A DNA stretch of 43,212 nt, taken from the IMG/VR virus record IMGVR_UViG_3300045988_069579, positions 1 through 43,212 of that record; one strand, given 5' to 3'. Of the stretch, positions 41,608-43,212 are shown piece after piece. The position numbers and the translations under genes are program-made. The notes beneath the pieces are model-generated. The model did not search any database. It was not told the DNA's origin and was given only the letters and a program-made list of their open reading frames with translations. The first letter of the stretch is position 1. Each line of letters opens with the position of its first letter. This stretch comes from a virus.

Positions 41608-42009
41608 ATGCTTAATCAGATAACCATCATGGGCAGACTGACGAGAACGCCCGAAACGCGATACACGCGGACTAACATCCCGGTTGCGTCATTCACGGTC
41701 GCCTGTCAGCGCGACTATGCCGGAAGCGAGGGCGGCAAGCCCAAGACGGATTTCATAAACTGCGAGGCATGGCGCTCAACGGCTGACTTCGTCGGCAAAT
41801 ACTTCGAGACCGGCAGCATGATAGTTGTGCAGGGCAGGCTTGCAATGGACGAATGGCAGGACAACGACGGCAAACGGAGAGTTACCGCAAAGGTCGTTGC
41901 AGAGCATGTCTATTTCGGTGAGAGCCGCCGCGCTGCTTCCGTGCCCTCGCCCGATATATCCGCAGCAGACTTTGAAGAGCTGCCGGACGATGGTAATTTG
42001 CCGTTCTAA
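41608..42009 (+). CDS. ssb: Single-stranded DNA-binding protein
   Basis: MLNQITIMGRLTRTPETRYT is an OB-fold start, and the acidic tail ends DDGNLPF. GGAGAAACA precedes ATG 41608. Confidence 0.85.
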   Translation: MLNQITIMGRLTRTPETRYTRTNIPVASFTVACQRDYAGSEGGKPKTDFINCEAWRSTADFVGKYFETGSMIVVQGRLAMDEWQDNDGKRRVTAKVVAEHVYFGESRRAASVPSPDISAADFEELPDDGNLPF

Positions 42010-42037
42010 AAGCTACAAGTACATAAGGAGATAAGAA

Positions 42038-42757
42038 ATGCTGCCATACATCAAAGTTTATCCCGATTTTATCAACGTGGTACGGGAGCTTGACAACGGG
42101 GCACGAGGCAGGCTACTCCTTGCTATCATGCAATATGCTAACGGGGAAGAGCCTGACGAGTTAACGGGAGCCGAGCGAATCGCATTCATCGTGATAAAAA
42201 GCCAGATAGACCGCGACGCGGATGCTTACGAGGCTAACGCCAAGAAGCAGAGCGAAAACGGGAAAAAAGGCGGCAGACCTAAAAAACCCACCGCTTTTTC
42301 AGAAAACCCAAAAAACCCACCGCTTTTTTCGGAAACCCACCAAAAGCCAAAAAAACCGGAAAAAGAAAAAGACAAAGAAGAAGAAAAAGAAAAAGACAAA
42401 GACAAAGACAAAAGCGCGCGCACGCGCGATGCTGACGCATTCGCCGCTTTCGCGGCCGGTGATGGCGATTTACTGGCCGTTTTGAAAGACTTTGAAAAAA
42501 TGCGCAGGAGCATAAAAAAGCCCATGACTGGCAGGGCAAAGCAGCTTTTAGTGACAAAGCTTAAAAACGAATTTCCGCCCGAGCAGTGGAAATCGGTGCT
42601 TGAGCAAAGCATCGTTAAGTGCTGGCAGGATATATATCCGCTGAAAGAACGAGAACAGCAGCGCTTAGGCGTTGAGCAGCACAGGGAGAATGTCAGCAGC
42701 GACGAGCTTGAAAACCTAAAAGCAATCTACGCAAAAGTGAAAGGGGAACAACCATGA
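42038..42757 (+). CDS. Replisome organiser / DnaD-like replication initiation protein (DUF6291-like N-terminus)
   Basis: The sequence has GRLLLAIMQY..GEEP ... NGKKGGRPKK, then a K/E/D-rich linker encoded by iteron-like repeats, then a C-terminal helical domain. Confidence 0.5.
   Translation: MLPYIKVYPDFINVVRELDNGARGRLLLAIMQYANGEEPDELTGAERIAFIVIKSQIDRDADAYEANAKKQSENGKKGGRPKKPTAFSENPKNPPLFSETHQKPKKPEKEKDKEEEKEKDKDKDKSARTRDADAFAAFAAGDGDLLAVLKDFEKMRRSIKKPMTGRAKQLLVTKLKNEFPPEQWKSVLEQSIVKCWQDIYPLKEREQQRLGVEQHRENVSSDELENLKAIYAKVKGEQP
42281..42427. promoter_or_regulatory. Candidate replication origin inside the organiser gene
   Basis: AAAAAACCCACCGCTTTTT lies at 42281-42299 and recurs at 42310-42329. 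Two shorter AAACCCA copies are also present. A purine-rich (GAAAAA/GACAAA)n tract of about 70 nt follows, then a GC-rich near-palindrome at 42413-42427. Confidence 0.4.
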
Positions 42758-43212
42758 CAGACAACAAACACGGCTACAAAGCCTATGAGCCCGGCCTTGT
42801 GTGCAGGGGGCATCAGTACGAAGAAGGCAAAATCTACAAGAAAAACGGGCACGGCGTATGCGTCGGCGGGGTTACGCACTACTGCGTTAATCCGTTTGAT
42901 GTGCTGAATCATTACCCGCTTGTGCGTAACGACGGTAAGTTCAGCGAATTTACGACTGTCGAAGCTATCGACGAGCCTGTTACCGATGATAATCAGAAGT
43001 TTGCAACAAGCACTATCAAAATCGGTGTAAAGCTCGGATTTTCCGGTTTCATCAAGGCTTGCGTTGATTTCGCGTGCGAGAAAACGATAAAGAGCATGCC
43101 GAGTAATAAGGTTAATAAAGGCTTCTCCGCGCAGATAGGCAGCTCAGGTGACTACGCGCAGATAGGCAGCTCAGGCGACTCCGCGCAGATAGGCAGCTCA
43201 GGTGACTACGCG
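42754..43212 (+). CDS. N-terminal part of the wrap-around nonapeptide-repeat protein
   Basis: The start forms an ATGA overlap with the upstream gene. MTDNKHGYKAYEPGLVCRGHQYEEGKIYKK...HYCVNPFDVLNHYP resembles the DUF7666-type N-domain (from memory). The ORF runs off the window end in frame into the repeat array. Confidence 0.7.
   Translation, partial: MTDNKHGYKAYEPGLVCRGHQYEEGKIYKKNGHGVCVGGVTHYCVNPFDVLNHYPLVRNDGKFSEFTTVEAIDEPVTDDNQKFATSTIKIGVKLGFSGFIKACVDFACEKTIKSMPSNKVNKGFSAQIGSSGDYAQIGSSGDSAQIGSSGDYA
43123..43212 (+). repeat. 27-nt tandem repeats (3 copies), the same family as 1-383
   Basis: gcgcagatagg occurs at 43129, 43156 and 43183. The last 35 nt equal nt 1-35. Confidence 0.95.

Larger units (their letters stand above)
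1..43212 (+). mobile_element. Complete temperate phage genome, circularly closed contig
   Basis: The modules follow a full phage order: terminases, portal, scaffold, capsid, tail and fibres, lysis, cargo, attP and integrase, repressors, recombination and replication. Nt 43178-43212 are identical to nt 1-35, and one ORF stays in frame across that overlap. Confidence 0.85.

Overview
The window reads as one complete, circularly closed genome (about 43.2 kb) of a temperate tailed phage or excised prophage from a Gram-positive, probably clostridial-type host. The last 35 nt repeat the first 35 nt, and one ORF stays in frame across that junction. Nearly all genes are on the + strand. In order they are: early and accessory genes, including a SleB-like hydrolase, two methyltransferases, DUF551, a MazG-like protein and many tiny Cys-rich ORFs (583-6603); packaging and head genes, namely small and large terminase, portal, a Prp-like protease, scaffold and capsid (6675-13355); tail genes with no tube, sheath or tape-measure gene, including a 2548-aa giant virion protein and two fibre proteins (13408-29315); a lysis cassette of CHAP endolysin, XhlA-like protein and holin (29519-30767); a seven-gene cargo island (31125-33995); attP and a tyrosine integrase (34000-35371); a mixed-strand lysogeny and immunity region with two XRE regulators and membrane or lipoprotein morons (35433-38401); and a recombination and replication module with Gp157-like, annealing protein, NinB-like, SSB and replisome-organiser genes (39088-42757). 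The items most worth a second look are: (1) a 398-nt GC-rich element closed by a 30-bp helix or inverted repeat, inside a roughly 600-nt ORF-free leader behind a consensus early promoter; (2) a 66-aa ORF with its own strong Shine-Dalgarno (SD) site, nested out of frame in the giant virion gene; (3) a phage-encoded Prp-like protease together with L27-type leader motifs on scaffold and capsid; (4) a tRNA-like element lacking a proper anticodon arm; (5) a wrap-around gene made of 27-nt tandem repeats. All family names come from motif recognition by eye. No database search, HMM or folding program was run.
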